Below, piece by piece: positions 24,221 through 35,917 of a DNA stretch of 64,000 nucleotides. Every line of letters starts with the position of its first letter. Positions within the stretch are counted from its first letter, which is position 1. Under the pieces are notes generated by a model. The model saw nothing but the letters and a program-made list of their open reading frames with translations. It had not been told where the DNA came from and ran no database searches. The stretch comes from Takakia lepidozioides. Taxonomy: Eukaryota > Plantae > Bryophyta. The DNA lies in NCBI GenBank assembly GCA_030704615.1, contig CM060731.1, forward strand, positions 44,764,001 through 44,828,000. The letters run 5' to 3'. The translations under genes were made by a program, and so were the position numbers.

Positions 24221-24832
24221 TCACTTTTAACTACGCGAAACGGTCTTGACGAATTCGTTAAGTGGGCCGTGAAAAAGTTTGCCGTTTGTTTTTGGAACAC
24301 GGGACCTGAAATGAACGTCGAGACTATCGCCAAGGCCGTGTTCGGGAAGTACTATTCCCAGGTCAGAACTTACAACAATGAGAATTCCATCATGCATAGA
24401 TCGACATTCAACGAAAAATGGCCTAAAGCTCCCAAAAATCTCATCTACTTTAAACATCTTTACGACATTTTCGCTGAGGAAGACCCGACAGCTTACAAAT
24501 CCAATACTCTCCTTATCAACACTGTAGACAATATGTACAAGTCCTACTTGAACCCGTTAGGACATACCATCTTCCTTCCAAAATATAAGACGCGCGTGGA
24601 CCCTGACAGAGATAAATTTCTACTGGAAGAGCTCAAGCCTCACCTTAACATGTTGCGGTTATCTGGGATGGATGTCATGCCATTCAACGAGCTACATTCT
24701 TTCGGCGTTACGAAGGATTTCTTCGAGGACGACCCAGCGATCAAAGTTCTTAGAGACTTTGATTATAGGTGGCAGAAGTTCCTTAGCAATCACGAGTTGC
24801 ATGTCGCTGCATTGGGACATAAAATATTTTAA
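24221..24832 (+). CDS. FCP1/NIF-like HAD phosphatase domain, N-terminally truncated
   Basis: TRNGLDEFVKWAVKKFAVCFWN...YFKHLYDIF...YKSNTLLINTVDNMYKSYLNP. Confidence 0.65.
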   Translation, partial: SLLTTRNGLDEFVKWAVKKFAVCFWNTGPEMNVETIAKAVFGKYYSQVRTYNNENSIMHRSTFNEKWPKAPKNLIYFKHLYDIFAEEDPTAYKSNTLLINTVDNMYKSYLNPLGHTIFLPKYKTRVDPDRDKFLLEELKPHLNMLRLSGMDVMPFNELHSFGVTKDFFEDDPAIKVLRDFDYRWQKFLSNHELHVAALGHKIF

Positions 24833-24953
24833 TTGAGTTTGGTGAACCTCGGCTGTCCAGTGGACGTTCTTGTTCACTTTCCTGGTGTCGGATTTTCCAA
24901 TGCATTGTATTGTTCCCTTTTTATCATCCTAAGTATTAACGACCCTCTGGCAG

Positions 24954-25688
24954 ATTGGAGCACCAGTTTCTCCTCCTGCGCAAGGGTTGCGTTTGATTAT
25001 TTTTGACGTGAATGGAGTCTTGTGCAAAATATTGAAGTACCAGAAGAGCTACAATTACCCCCCGGTTTTCAGAATCGGACTACAGAATTCCAGCTCTTGT
25101 CGGAATCCGACTTGTCTTTAGACGGGAGAAATATCGCGAAGTGTGGACATAGTTCCACAAATACTTCCGGTTATGGATTTGGAGCTCTATGATGTATAAG
25201 AACTTGCAGCCCATCCTGGATTTTTTGCTTCATGGTCTCCCTCAACCGCGGCCTTCGTTATGTCTCAAGAGGATTGTATTTCATGTCCTACTTCGGTTCA
25301 CCCTCAATTCAAATCAGGATTGGACCCTCCTCATTTGTTTTTGAAGCCACTGGTCAAGGTCTGGCAGAGATTTGGTGGACAATACACCAAGAGTAACACT
25401 CTGCTCATTGACGACACCGCCATGAAGTGTGTATTGAACCCGCCCGACTCATGTCTTGTTCTCAAACCGTTCCAGACCGTGGAGACTGATGGTTGTTATC
25501 TTCTCAAGGTTCTTCAGACCTATTTGCTTGGAATGAGGAAACATCCCACTGTTTCAAGATATCTTAGGAAAAAAATGATAGGGTTGAGTCTGTTTCCCAA
25601 TGTTTCAAACGATCCCAAGTTTATGCCACTCTGGGATTTTATTGAGGACAACGGTTTTAAGAGTCTGAGATATGATGCTTCAAAATAA
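24954..25688 (+). CDS. Second FCP1/NIF-like HAD domain exon (frameshifted)
   Basis: AG acceptor ~24953; LRLIIFDVNGVLC (Asp at 25005); IWSSM; LFLKPLVKVW...YTKSNTLLIDDTAMKCVLNP. Confidence 0.75.
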
Positions 25689-25933
25689 ATTATTTTTGAT
25701 CAATCACATCTCACTCGAGCTATTGAATATCTTCATGGTCTCTGATTTCCATTGCCTTGTAATCACACACGTGTCAGATATGGTACTCTCATTTTCACTC
25801 ATTTTTTGTTGAATTCTTGACGCACATTCCGAGCAATCCTAAGACTCTGATACAGGCCTTCATACGGGGACATGACTATATCTAGTGACCTCCACTGTTC
25901 AGTGGAGGTTCACATTCCTACACTCTCGGATTT

Positions 25934-26910
25934 ATGATTATGTCTCTTTGGCAGGTTCAAGGAGATGTTGACGACGTCATCGGTTCCTTAAGTCCCCTAA
26001 AGGAACCCTCCGGATCAGCAGTGAGTGGGAGTATTGAAGGCTTTCCGAGGGTTCACGATGGTGCTCAAATTGAGGGTGGATCCTCGGTCAGACCCTTCTC
26101 CTCCCGAAAAGCAAGCGACACTCTTCTCCTCTCGGGTCCTCCTGGGTGTAAAGTCCAAGGTGCAGGTGAAGAACAGAAATATCCCAGAAACTTTATCGAC
26201 CTTTCCCAACATTCCTCACCCTCCCCGTTCAATACGCAGGGTCTGGTCTATTCAACCCGCAGGGCAACCGTCGGGGACTCAACTACGGCTCCGCTGCACC
26301 TTGTTCCGTCTCTTCCTCGCATATCACCCCAGCACGAGGGTTGGACAGCCCAAATCCGCAGGAGTCCGGTGACTTAAACTCATTTCTCGCTCCTTGCTTA
26401 TTCTCCTAGTTTCACTTAGTTTGGGGTCTGATATTCATCTGTCGCTCCAGGTCAAAAAATCTGCAGATTATGACCTTCCTGTCAAATGACGTCTGCATTG
26501 GAATGCAGTTTCGAGGTAAATTATTCCTTCGTTGCGTTTTCATTCCATCAAGGGACAATTTTCTATGCTTGCCTGTTGTTGCCTCTCCACTCCCCCCGTC
26601 GTTCAATGGCAAAACATCTCCAACATCGACACAGCGTGACCCTGAACTGCTGGCACAATGTTCTGCACCAAAGAGGCGAAAAAGAACCCCCGAGCCATTT
26701 CCTTCCTCTGCAGGAAATCTTTCCAACGGACAAAAGGTTGACAAGAAAAAAAAAATGGACTCCAAACACATGAGGACTCCCTCGGATGTTGTGGCGCCTC
26801 GTCAATCCAAGCCCACAGGAATCCACTGTACCTCTGCGAAACCTTCAGTGGTAAATTTCAAAATTATTTCTCCACTTTCGTTTGCAGTTTGTTTTGCGGT
26901 CCCAAACTAA
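25934..26910 (+). CDS. Ser/Pro-rich exon-like ORFs of unknown function
   Basis: ORFs 25934-26377 and 26470-26910 with splice-like flanks and basic clusters (KRRKR, KKKK); no family recognised. Confidence 0.3.
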
Positions 26911-27110
26911 CTCCGTAATTTTTATACAATCGAGTATGGAGCCGCAGAACTTCTTGAATGCGCCTCCCGACAAGGTGCGTCCACTAACCTCCACTTGACA
27001 GCCGACATTCATCTTTTCATGATCTCCAACTCTTCTATACATGGTCTACTCTTGGTCCTTTACAATAATGCCGGTAAATAACGCCGGTAATTTATAAATT
27101 ATAATTTATG

Positions 27111-27289
27111 AAACGACCGTCCATATTGGCGGTCGCCCGTAATTTATTTATTTTTAAATGAAGCGACCGCCTATATTGGCGGTCGCTTGTATTTTATTAC
27201 ATTTTAAAATAAGCGATCGCCTACATTAGCCATGTGGCGGTCGCTCTTCTTGTTTTTATAAATATAGCGACCGCCATGCAGCGGTCGCG
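27111..27289. repeat. Array of four GC-rich palindromes (GCGACCGCC-n-GGCGGTCGC) with AT-rich spacers
   Basis: Hairpins at ~27111, 27161, 27211 and 27266; ~50-55 bp period. Confidence 0.85.
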
Positions 27290-27729
27290 TGTTTTGTTTT
27301 TCTTAGAAATTCAAGGACCTGCCGTGTGGCGAGGTGCGACTAGCCACTCGTGCCTTTTCAAGCATAATGTCATTTTGGGGAGGGGGGTGCTGGTGGGCGC
27401 CTATATAAACCATTCCCCCCTTCTTTTCAAATCACTTTTGTCCCTCTTGTGGTGCGGTTCCTTGGCATCCTGCAGTCCTTTTGAACTTCGTTGCTTGGCA
27501 CTGCCAATGGGAGGTGCAAAGGTGATTATTTGGGGGGGGGAGGTTTTGTTGGTTTTCTATTGGTCAGTCCCACACACTTGTTCACGGTACAATCATCGTA
27601 TCACCATTTTGCCGTTTCCGGATCTCCGGCGGCCTGTTTTTTTGCAAAAAACTACGAAGACACCATCCACACGCGTTCATTGTCATTTTTCTGAGGTTTT
27701 GGACCCTGTAGTGGGCAAATGTTTATACA

Positions 27730-27912
27730 ATGTCGGGGGTTGTGAATTCAAGTTCTGGGGCGGGATCGTCTGGGGGGCGGAGGAAGAGAAAACGTGCCCA
27801 CGAGCGGGATAGCCGAGTCAACAAGCCAGACTACCCGGGACCGGATGCCTTGGATAGGGTGAAAGAAGTGGTAGCGGATTATTTCAAGGGTAAGGACATG
27901 ATAAGGCTGGAG
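27730..27912 (+). pseudogene. 5' end of an unknown gene (NLS-like RRKRKR) truncated by PPR debris; upstream TATA CCTATATAAAC at ~27400
   Basis: MSGVVNSSSGAGSSGGRRKRKR...; the sequence switches abruptly to antisense PPR sequence at ~27915. Confidence 0.4.
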
Positions 27913-27914
27913 AG

Positions 27915-28465
27915 TGCTTCCTCCGCATCCTCAATGCTCTCACATATATTTGGCATACATGTCCACGAGGGCATTGTTCAGAATCGCATCTGTTACAATT
28001 CCAGCTTTGGTGATGCAACCATGCACCACTTTGCCCTTTTGCAGGGCTGCTAGACTTGCACACGCACTGCAAACGCACAATCTTGTTCAGCCATAGTGTT
28101 GAACACTCCTTTCGCATCCTCAATGCTCCCACATTTGGCATACATGTGTCCACCAGAGCAGTCATGTTCAGGATGACATCTGGTACAATTGCAAACTGTC
28201 ACGATGGATCTCTTTGCCCTTTTCCAGGGCTGCCAGGCTCCCACACTCACTGCCAACACACACAAATGTTATGTGGTCGGGCTTCACCCTTCCCCCATCA
28301 TTTGCTCATAGGTCTCCAAAGCCTCCATCCCATGCCCCTGCAAGCATCGCACTCCACGACACCACATCTCGTTTAGCCATAGTGTTGAACACTCCCTTGG
28401 CATCCTCGATGCACCCACATTTGGCATATATTTCCACCAGGGCAGTGTTCAAAATGACATCTGGT
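27915..28465 (-). pseudogene. Scrambled PLS-class PPR fragments
   Basis: Three partial copies of ..YAKCG(S/C)IEDAKGVFNTMA..; homologous to 46120-46368. Confidence 0.8.
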
Positions 28466-28589
28466 AATCTGCCAGGCATTCACCTTTTTGCCTCGGTTGT
28501 CCCACCATTGACTGGATCAGAAAAGTATTCATTCCACACCTTCTCCTCATCTCTTGTACCTGTTTTTGGATACTTTCCTGTTGTCACAT

Positions 28590-28890
28590 TGGCAGTATCA
28601 TGTCAAAGTCACTTCAATCTATCAAAGATTCACTCAACCAGCTAACTTGCATAATTCAACATGGAAATTTAGGGCTGATTCTGATAAGGGGGAAAAACAG
28701 GGTGAAATGTGTTGAAGTAGGTGCCCTCATCGCCTGATTTTACCAATTGTGCCGCTGCTGCTGCGGCTTTCAGTTGACCATCTACCCATGCAGTTTTCTT
28801 GTAGCTATCCTTCCACAAGGAATCATAGGCAATGTTGTGCTTGAAATGTGGCCCTCTTGGATGAATCTGGACCCACACTCTATCCCTGCT
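28590..28890 (-). repeat. Dispersed ~300-bp repeat, inverted homolog of 48525-48825
   Basis: Shared AGATTCATCCAAGAGG, ATAGCTACAAGAAA, TGGGTAGATGGTCA and TGCAAGTTAGCT. Confidence 0.75.
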
Positions 28891-29268
28891 CCTTCAGCTA
28901 TCCATGCCTCTCACAAATCATGCATACATCTTTGCCTTGCTGGTAGCAACTGACAATAACAGCCTACATTTGTTCTAGGAAACACCCAACTCAACTTCTC
29001 ACACTAGTTCCTATGCTCAATTGCATCTGCTAATCTCTATAATCCAACATGCATTCACCTTTTTGCCACAATTGGCCCACCATTGACTAGGGTCAGAAAA
29101 GTATACAGGCCACAACTCCATGACTGTTTAGGGTTCACTGTCACAAATGAAAGTGTGTTTGTCAGAAATTTGCCCACCCCAACAGCTCAGTCACTCCCAC
29201 CCATGCAAGGTACCATGCTGTATCAAGTCTAAACCCTGGAAAAATACATGCAATAGCAGAAACCAACT

Positions 29269-32200
29269 CTAGACCATAGCACAACTGGCCTGGTACCTCC
29301 CATGTGGAGCTTGCCTCCGCCTTCTACCATTTTGCCTCTGCCTTGCAAGTGCATTCAAGTTGGCAATGGCCAATTCATCTGCCTCACTCAAAGGAACACA
29401 AACAGCAAGCTCAGTCATGATGTTATGAGGAATTTCAGGAGGCACCATGCCTACATAAGTGTCTCCCTCACCCAGTGCCACTTCTGTAATATCGTGAACA
29501 ACTCGTCGGGATCGAGGGACCTTGTGAAGGACCACCTTCCAGTTCCCTCGTGAACTTTTTTCATCCAAGAAAAAAACTTGCTCCACCTGACTAGGGGATG
29601 TCCAGGGCTGCTCCATCCGAGGTAACATGCGACTAAAGTCAACCAAGAGAAAGCCATAATCATCTCGTTTCATGGTGGCATTCCGGCCCACCGTGTGTGA
29701 CCTCACCCATCTACACAAGAACATAATTGGGTGAAGAATTCCGTAATCCAGTTGAATTATTTCTGTTACAACACCCACATATTCCAATTGGGATAACACT
29801 TGTTTGGACATACCTGCTCTGTTTTCGCTTTCCTGATGGAATACTTGAGCAACTCCAGAATCAAATGTCACCTTGTCTGTGGCGCCAGTCCCATCACGTA
29901 TTGCTCGAAAGTGATTGCCGTAAGCATACATGGACTTGAAGCCCAAGGACTGTACTGCTGGTGGTATACATAAATGGCATATGTCCAAATCATAGGACTC
30001 ACCTGAACTCACCTTGCGTTGGACAACACCTTCAATCCATTCATGGAATGGAGCCAGTAAGTGCATATCTGTTGGGTATGGAATTTCTCCATTGTGGTGG
30101 TCTTGGTCTTGTCCACAAAGGAATGCTGTTCTAAACTCAGTGCGGGATGCTTCTATGAGTGCCATCTCCTCTTCATAGGCCCTGTCCAAATGAGAATTGA
30201 AAATTAGGATTACAGCTTATACCATTGGCAGAAATGAAACACACAGGATATGATAAGCAACATACTTACTCAAGGAATGGTTTCATGCAATCTGTGTTGT
30301 GCAAAATATACTCGTGTGCACTGTCTCGTTCTTGAATGGTGAGGACTCGTACACTTCCCAATCCTTGAACCACCTCCCCACTAACTGAGTCTTCTTCATT
30401 GGAGTCCCACACCCTTCGGCTTGTAGCATGAAATTCAGCCATATACTCAGTTAGAAACCCTAGGGCCTCATCCAAAGCATACCCTTCCGCCATGCTCCCT
30501 TCAGGTCGGCTCATATTCCTTACATAGCCTTTTAATGTCTTCATATACCGTTCCATAGGATACATCCAACGGCTAGACACGGGACCACACACCTCCAATT
30601 CGTCCACAAGGTGTACAAGCAAGTGAGTCATGATATCAAAAAATGACGGAGGGAATTCTTTCTCCAGCAGACACATAGTGATTGCAACATCTTCTTTTAA
30701 GGCCGGTAGCTCAGTTGGATTAATGATCTTTGCACACACTTTTCGGAAGACTCGAGAAAGCCTCATAATTGCCATCCGTGGACCCTTTCCCAATACCCCT
30801 CGAATGCAAAGAGGTAAAATCTGCTGCATCATTACATGGTAGTCATGGGTTTTCATTGTAGACAGTTTATTGTCAGCCACATGTTTCTGGAATGTGGCAG
30901 CATAACCTGTGGGGGCCTTTACTGCAGCCAATGTTTCCAAAAACAGCACCTTCTCATCTTCAGTAAGAACATATGGGGCCAAAGGCTTCACCAACTTGTT
31001 CGGGTGAGAGGGATGGGGTCTCAACCACAAGTGTTCACGAATGACATTGAGTTCCATATCCTTCCTAGATGTGGCTGTGTCCTTCTCCCCAAGAATGGTT
31101 CTCAGCACATTCTCACACAAATTTTTTTCACAATGCATCACATCCAGTGTGTATCGAATGAGTAAGTCTTTCCAGTATGGCAATTGGTTCAAAACAGTGA
31201 CCCGTTTCATGCCATGTTCCTTTGAAGGGTCCTGTTTTCCCCCCTCAGCCCCTCCCATTGCGAGATACAACTCTCTGGTTTTAGCCCGGTCAAATTGCTC
31301 ACTTGCAGTGACCACCATAGGAGCTGCTCTATGTTCCACATGTCCATTAAAGTGGGACGAGTTATTCCTATAGGGATGAACAGCAGGCAAGTATCTCCTA
31401 TGACCAAGATACAAAACTTTTTTGCATGCCTTGGAGTACCTGGAATCAACATTAGGGCCGCAAGCTGGGCAGGCCTTGTATCCCCCGTGTGCGCATCCTG
31501 CTAGCAACCCATAAGCTGGAAAGTCGTGGATTGACCACATCAAGATGGCCCTCATGCGAAATGACTGTTGCCCCACTAGGCTACTTCCATCCAATGCCTC
31601 CACACCAACTTCCCACAACAATTTCAGCTCATCCACAAGGGGCTGCAGATAAACATCTGCATTGTCATTTCCCACAGATTGTGGTCCAGGAATCAATAAA
31701 GCCAACATCGTGAAAAATGGCTTAGTACACAGCCAGGGTGGAAGATTATAGTTTACCAACATGACAGGCCAAGTTGACCATTTGTTTGATTTATCACTGT
31801 AAGGATTGACACCATCCCATGCGAGACCCAATCGCAGATTTCTGGGGTCCGCTGCAAACTCAGGCCATTTTTGGTCAATGTGGGCCCAAGCCTTGCTGTC
31901 TGCTGGGTGCCTAACCAAGCCATCCAGACTTCGATTCTTAAAGTGCCATGACATTAACTCTGAGATGGATTTGGCTTTATACATTCGAAGCAGCCTTGGA
32001 ATGATAGGGAAATGTCGAAGGACCTTACGAGGTACTGGTGTCTTCGTACCCACCACATAACGACGTGCCTGACATTTTGGACAAACCTCCAAATTCTGAA
32101 GCTCCCTTCTGAACAACACACAGCCTTTCGGACATGCATGTATACTCTCGTAATGAAGCCCGAGTTCCATTATGAGTTGTTTTGCCTCATAGTGGGACTT

Positions 32201-33078
32201 TGGCAGGCAATTGTCTGCTGGCAACAGTTGTCTTCCTAACAATGTAAGGAGTTCATCGACAAAGGTGTTTGACACACCATGGGTTTGACAAGCATTTAAC
32301 AGCAGTAAGGTAGCAGACAATCGAGAGGAAGAACTCCCTACATATAAAGCCCTGGATGCCTCGTGCTCAAAACGTAAGGCACTCGCTGCACCACGATCAC
32401 CATCGCTCTTCAGTCCACCATCAGTCTGCTCTGGCACTCCATCTGTGTCCCATTGGCCCTGTGTTCCATCTCCCGGTTCCTCATGTGCATCACCAGTTTG
32501 CACCCCATTATCTATAGTTGCGAATGTCTCCCGGAGCATTCTAAGCATGTCAAGATTACGATCCAAGGTATCAGGACCACCTGCAGGGCTGGTTTCCGTT
32601 CTAAACCCCTCATGTTCGTCTCCAGAGTTTTCCTGCTTAGTACATATCAGACGCCACATGTCAATCCACTATAAGATGGGGAGTTTTTTCATTTGCAATA
32701 GTGGATGTGGAACGTGCCATTATACAGGCACGTGGCAATAGGAAAACGGGCATGTACAATACTCTACACCTTACAACAATACCGCTACCAGGAATTTGAA
32801 CTGTTTCTTATAATTTCAAAGTATGCATCTGCAAAGGAAGAGAATCCAGAGATATGCACCGGGAGTTCTCGTAAGTTAGGATCTCGCAAGTTCAAAAGCA
32901 GATGACGCTTAGCCCGGCCAATGGTTTGCCAGTTCCCACCATGACAGGCATTGCATGGACATAGAATTTTCCGAAGACCCAGTCTTCTTGCTCGCGCTTC
33001 CTCTAGTTTCCACAATCTGTCATCGTCATGTTCTGCTTGTGTCCGCCTTTGCAATCGATGGGCAGTAGGAGGGATCAT
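29269..33078 (-). CDS. CACTA TnpD-like transposase (Transposase_21 type), spliced
   Basis: N-terminal CPCNAC..HL; IHACPKGCVLF; RHPADSKAW..IDQKWPEFAADPRNLRLGLAWDG; YNLPPW; DVMHCEKN; FPPSFFDIMTHL; RWMYPMER; QVEQVFF. GT-AG intron ~30182-30269. Confidence 0.95.
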
Positions 33079-33107
33079 CTTGGCGAGTGAGTGAGACTCG
33101 TCAGGAA

Positions 33108-35868
33108 ATGGAGACCCAAATAGAGTGTCCAGAAGTTACACCAGGGCGCAAGCCTACAGCGAGGGAGGTAGAACGAGCAAAGCGTCAAGCGGAGAACAAG
33201 GCATTCTTCGCACGACTGAAGATCTACGACATTGCAAAGAGGTCCGAACTTCCGTTTTTTTCATATCCCCTACCTAGCCCTAGCCATGAAACCGCATTAA
33301 AAGCTCCAAACCTGCAGAGAGGATATGTTAGGGTTTTGCAGCTGCTGACTTTGTTTTTCTTCTTCTTTGCAGCGTCGAAGAGAGCTTGAGTCGCCCTAAA
33401 CGCCTCGTTGAGGAAATCCTCAAACACACAGGTCCTCCTCGCCGAAGTCACAGAGTTCAACTCCTGCACTCTGCAATGTCACAACGGGAGAAAGAGGTAG
33501 AGCAAGAGGAGGAAGCGCAGGTTCAAGCGGAGTCAGACACAGAGGAGGCACGAGAGCAAGAATTGCAGCGAGACCAAGATTATGCCGCACATGAAGACTT
33601 CAATGAGACCAGCTCGGAGTCAGAGATGGAAACGATGAAAGAAGCCCCAACAAAGACAAAGCGCGCAAAGCACCCTGCAAACTCCCCAACCCATCAGCAG
33701 GTTTGCGATCTGCACCAAAGTTCTGTCTCCATGTGCATATGAAAAGGCAGTGAGGGTAAGAAACAATTGCAGCAAGGTTGTTGGGCATGAGTCTTGCATA
33801 TGAATTTGGGTGGGAAAAGGCTCACTGGAATGTCAACTCCAGTTGCCTGCTTTCTGGCTTGGTCTGGATTGTAATGAGGCCAACAGTTGTGGGGGTCATA
33901 CTTCTTCAACAAAGCCAGATAGACAATGCAGCACTAGAGGCACTTGAAGTCCTTACCCCTAAACCCTCCAACATCTCTTTGCCAATTCAACTTGTGGACC
34001 ATGTGCCTTTGTTTTCAGCAATGTGAGTGTTGGTACTCTTATGGTATGCTTGACTCTCCTTCATGATGGTATATAAATGTTGCCTCTTTTTCCTTTTTCA
34101 TCTTGAACCCATAAACTGAGAATAGTGGTTTTGACTTGGTGATTGTCTCTCACCAATCCATGGACCAAGAAGAAGAACAACATGAACGGTAGTGACAAGC
34201 CACTTTGTCTAACTTCATTTTCATCAGAGAGAGAGAGAGATTGTACTCATAAGACGTTGTTTGCCGTAGCCTTGTGGACATTGACCCCGCGCCCAGTTTG
34301 AGCGGGAACAAAAGGGACAGAACCTACCTCTGTCAGGGGCTGACGTTGGTAGTAAGACTTACCTTCATATATAGAATTAATTCGGGTTTTCCAGATATCC
34401 TCTAGAAATCCTTCTTGTATAGATTGACAATGACGCCCTGTCACCAGCGAAAGGGGATCGTTTCAGTCTTCTAGATCAGGTTAAAGAGGAGAACTAGGGA
34501 TTGAATTCTGTCTTGAAGTTGATGGATTGAACCGTCTCTGCCAACGCCTGATTTATGTTGGCAACCCGCATGGGATCGCCACCGTGCTTGATAAGCTCGT
34601 TGACAATACCATCAGGTCCACCAGCTTTATATCCATTTAAATGTTCAATTGCTTCCACAATCTCAGAAGGACTAATGGGAGCGTTATAAGCCATTGAAAT
34701 ATACTCCAGTTCATCAGGGCTGTTTTGCATCATAGGAACAGTTTTTCCAACTGTGTCCCTCCATTCAGTAGAAGACCCCTCACTGTTAGACCTAGAAGTT
34801 ATGCCAAGGATACTGTAGTGAGTTTCAAAGGTTTTGACAATGTCAACCGATGAAGTCACCACTGCACCTTTAGTAGTCTTCAGCGCTTGTACTTGCTGAC
34901 CGTTTTTCGGCTTGTACAAATGTTGAAGGGCCAACCAGAATTTCTTGTCATTACCACCATGGTGGTTTGAGTTTATTTCACTGTATAACTTGTCCCAGTA
35001 TAATTTCTTCTGAGACCTAACAAGCTGTTTGATATCTTTACGGAGCTGGTAGTACCTCGCCCACAATTCTCTGTTGGTTTCCAAATTGCAGCACTCTTTA
35101 TAGAGGGCTCGTCTCTCAGCTATCTTGAGTTTAATCTCATTGGTCCACCAATTAACAGCTCTACCACAGACAATTAGTTTCATCCCAATGATCTTGTCAA
35201 CCACGGAGGAAACGAAACTCTCCCAAGAGTCCCCTGCTCTTTCGACTTCATTTCTTGCGTTATCAGAGCGAGACTGAAGTTCTTGGAGCGATTGGACAAA
35301 ATGAGGGAGAGCCTCTTGCAAGGGCTGGACATACTCAGCCTTGACCTCCTCATTATGGAGTTTTTCTATGCGCCACTTCCGAATCGAATGTTTCACATAT
35401 CTCTTGGTGTTGGGAAAACACCTTTTGATCTCATTCCAAACCAGGAAATGGTCAGAGGTACCAATATCAGTTCTGTCGATCAACACATTGGCACACTGGG
35501 GAACAAATTTTTGTCCATTATGATATAATCCACAATGGAACGTTCCCCAGTTTGGGATTTCTCACGAGTCTTGGTCACCTCTTGTCCTGTTATTCAAGGT
35601 CAAAAGCTGAAGATCTTCTAGACAGTTAATTAACCGTCTGCCATTAGAATTCAGTTCGTCCTCACCAAAAGGTCCAATGATATCGTCCTGATGGAGCCCT
35701 TTGCCCACCCGGGCATTGAAGTCACCCAATAGCACCACCTGACCTTTGGCAAGGAACGAAGCACAGTCCAGCTTTACATCTTCGAAGGCTTTGTCTGCAT
35801 CAGCACAAAGCGTCCCCTCTGTGGGCATGTAAACACAACCCACAAAGAGGTCCTTCGTCCTCGAGACT

Positions 35869-35917
<49 letters not shown>

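Noticed and set aside
27111-27289. CRISPR array
   Set aside because: Only four variable palindromes with low-complexity AT spacers; no cas genes.
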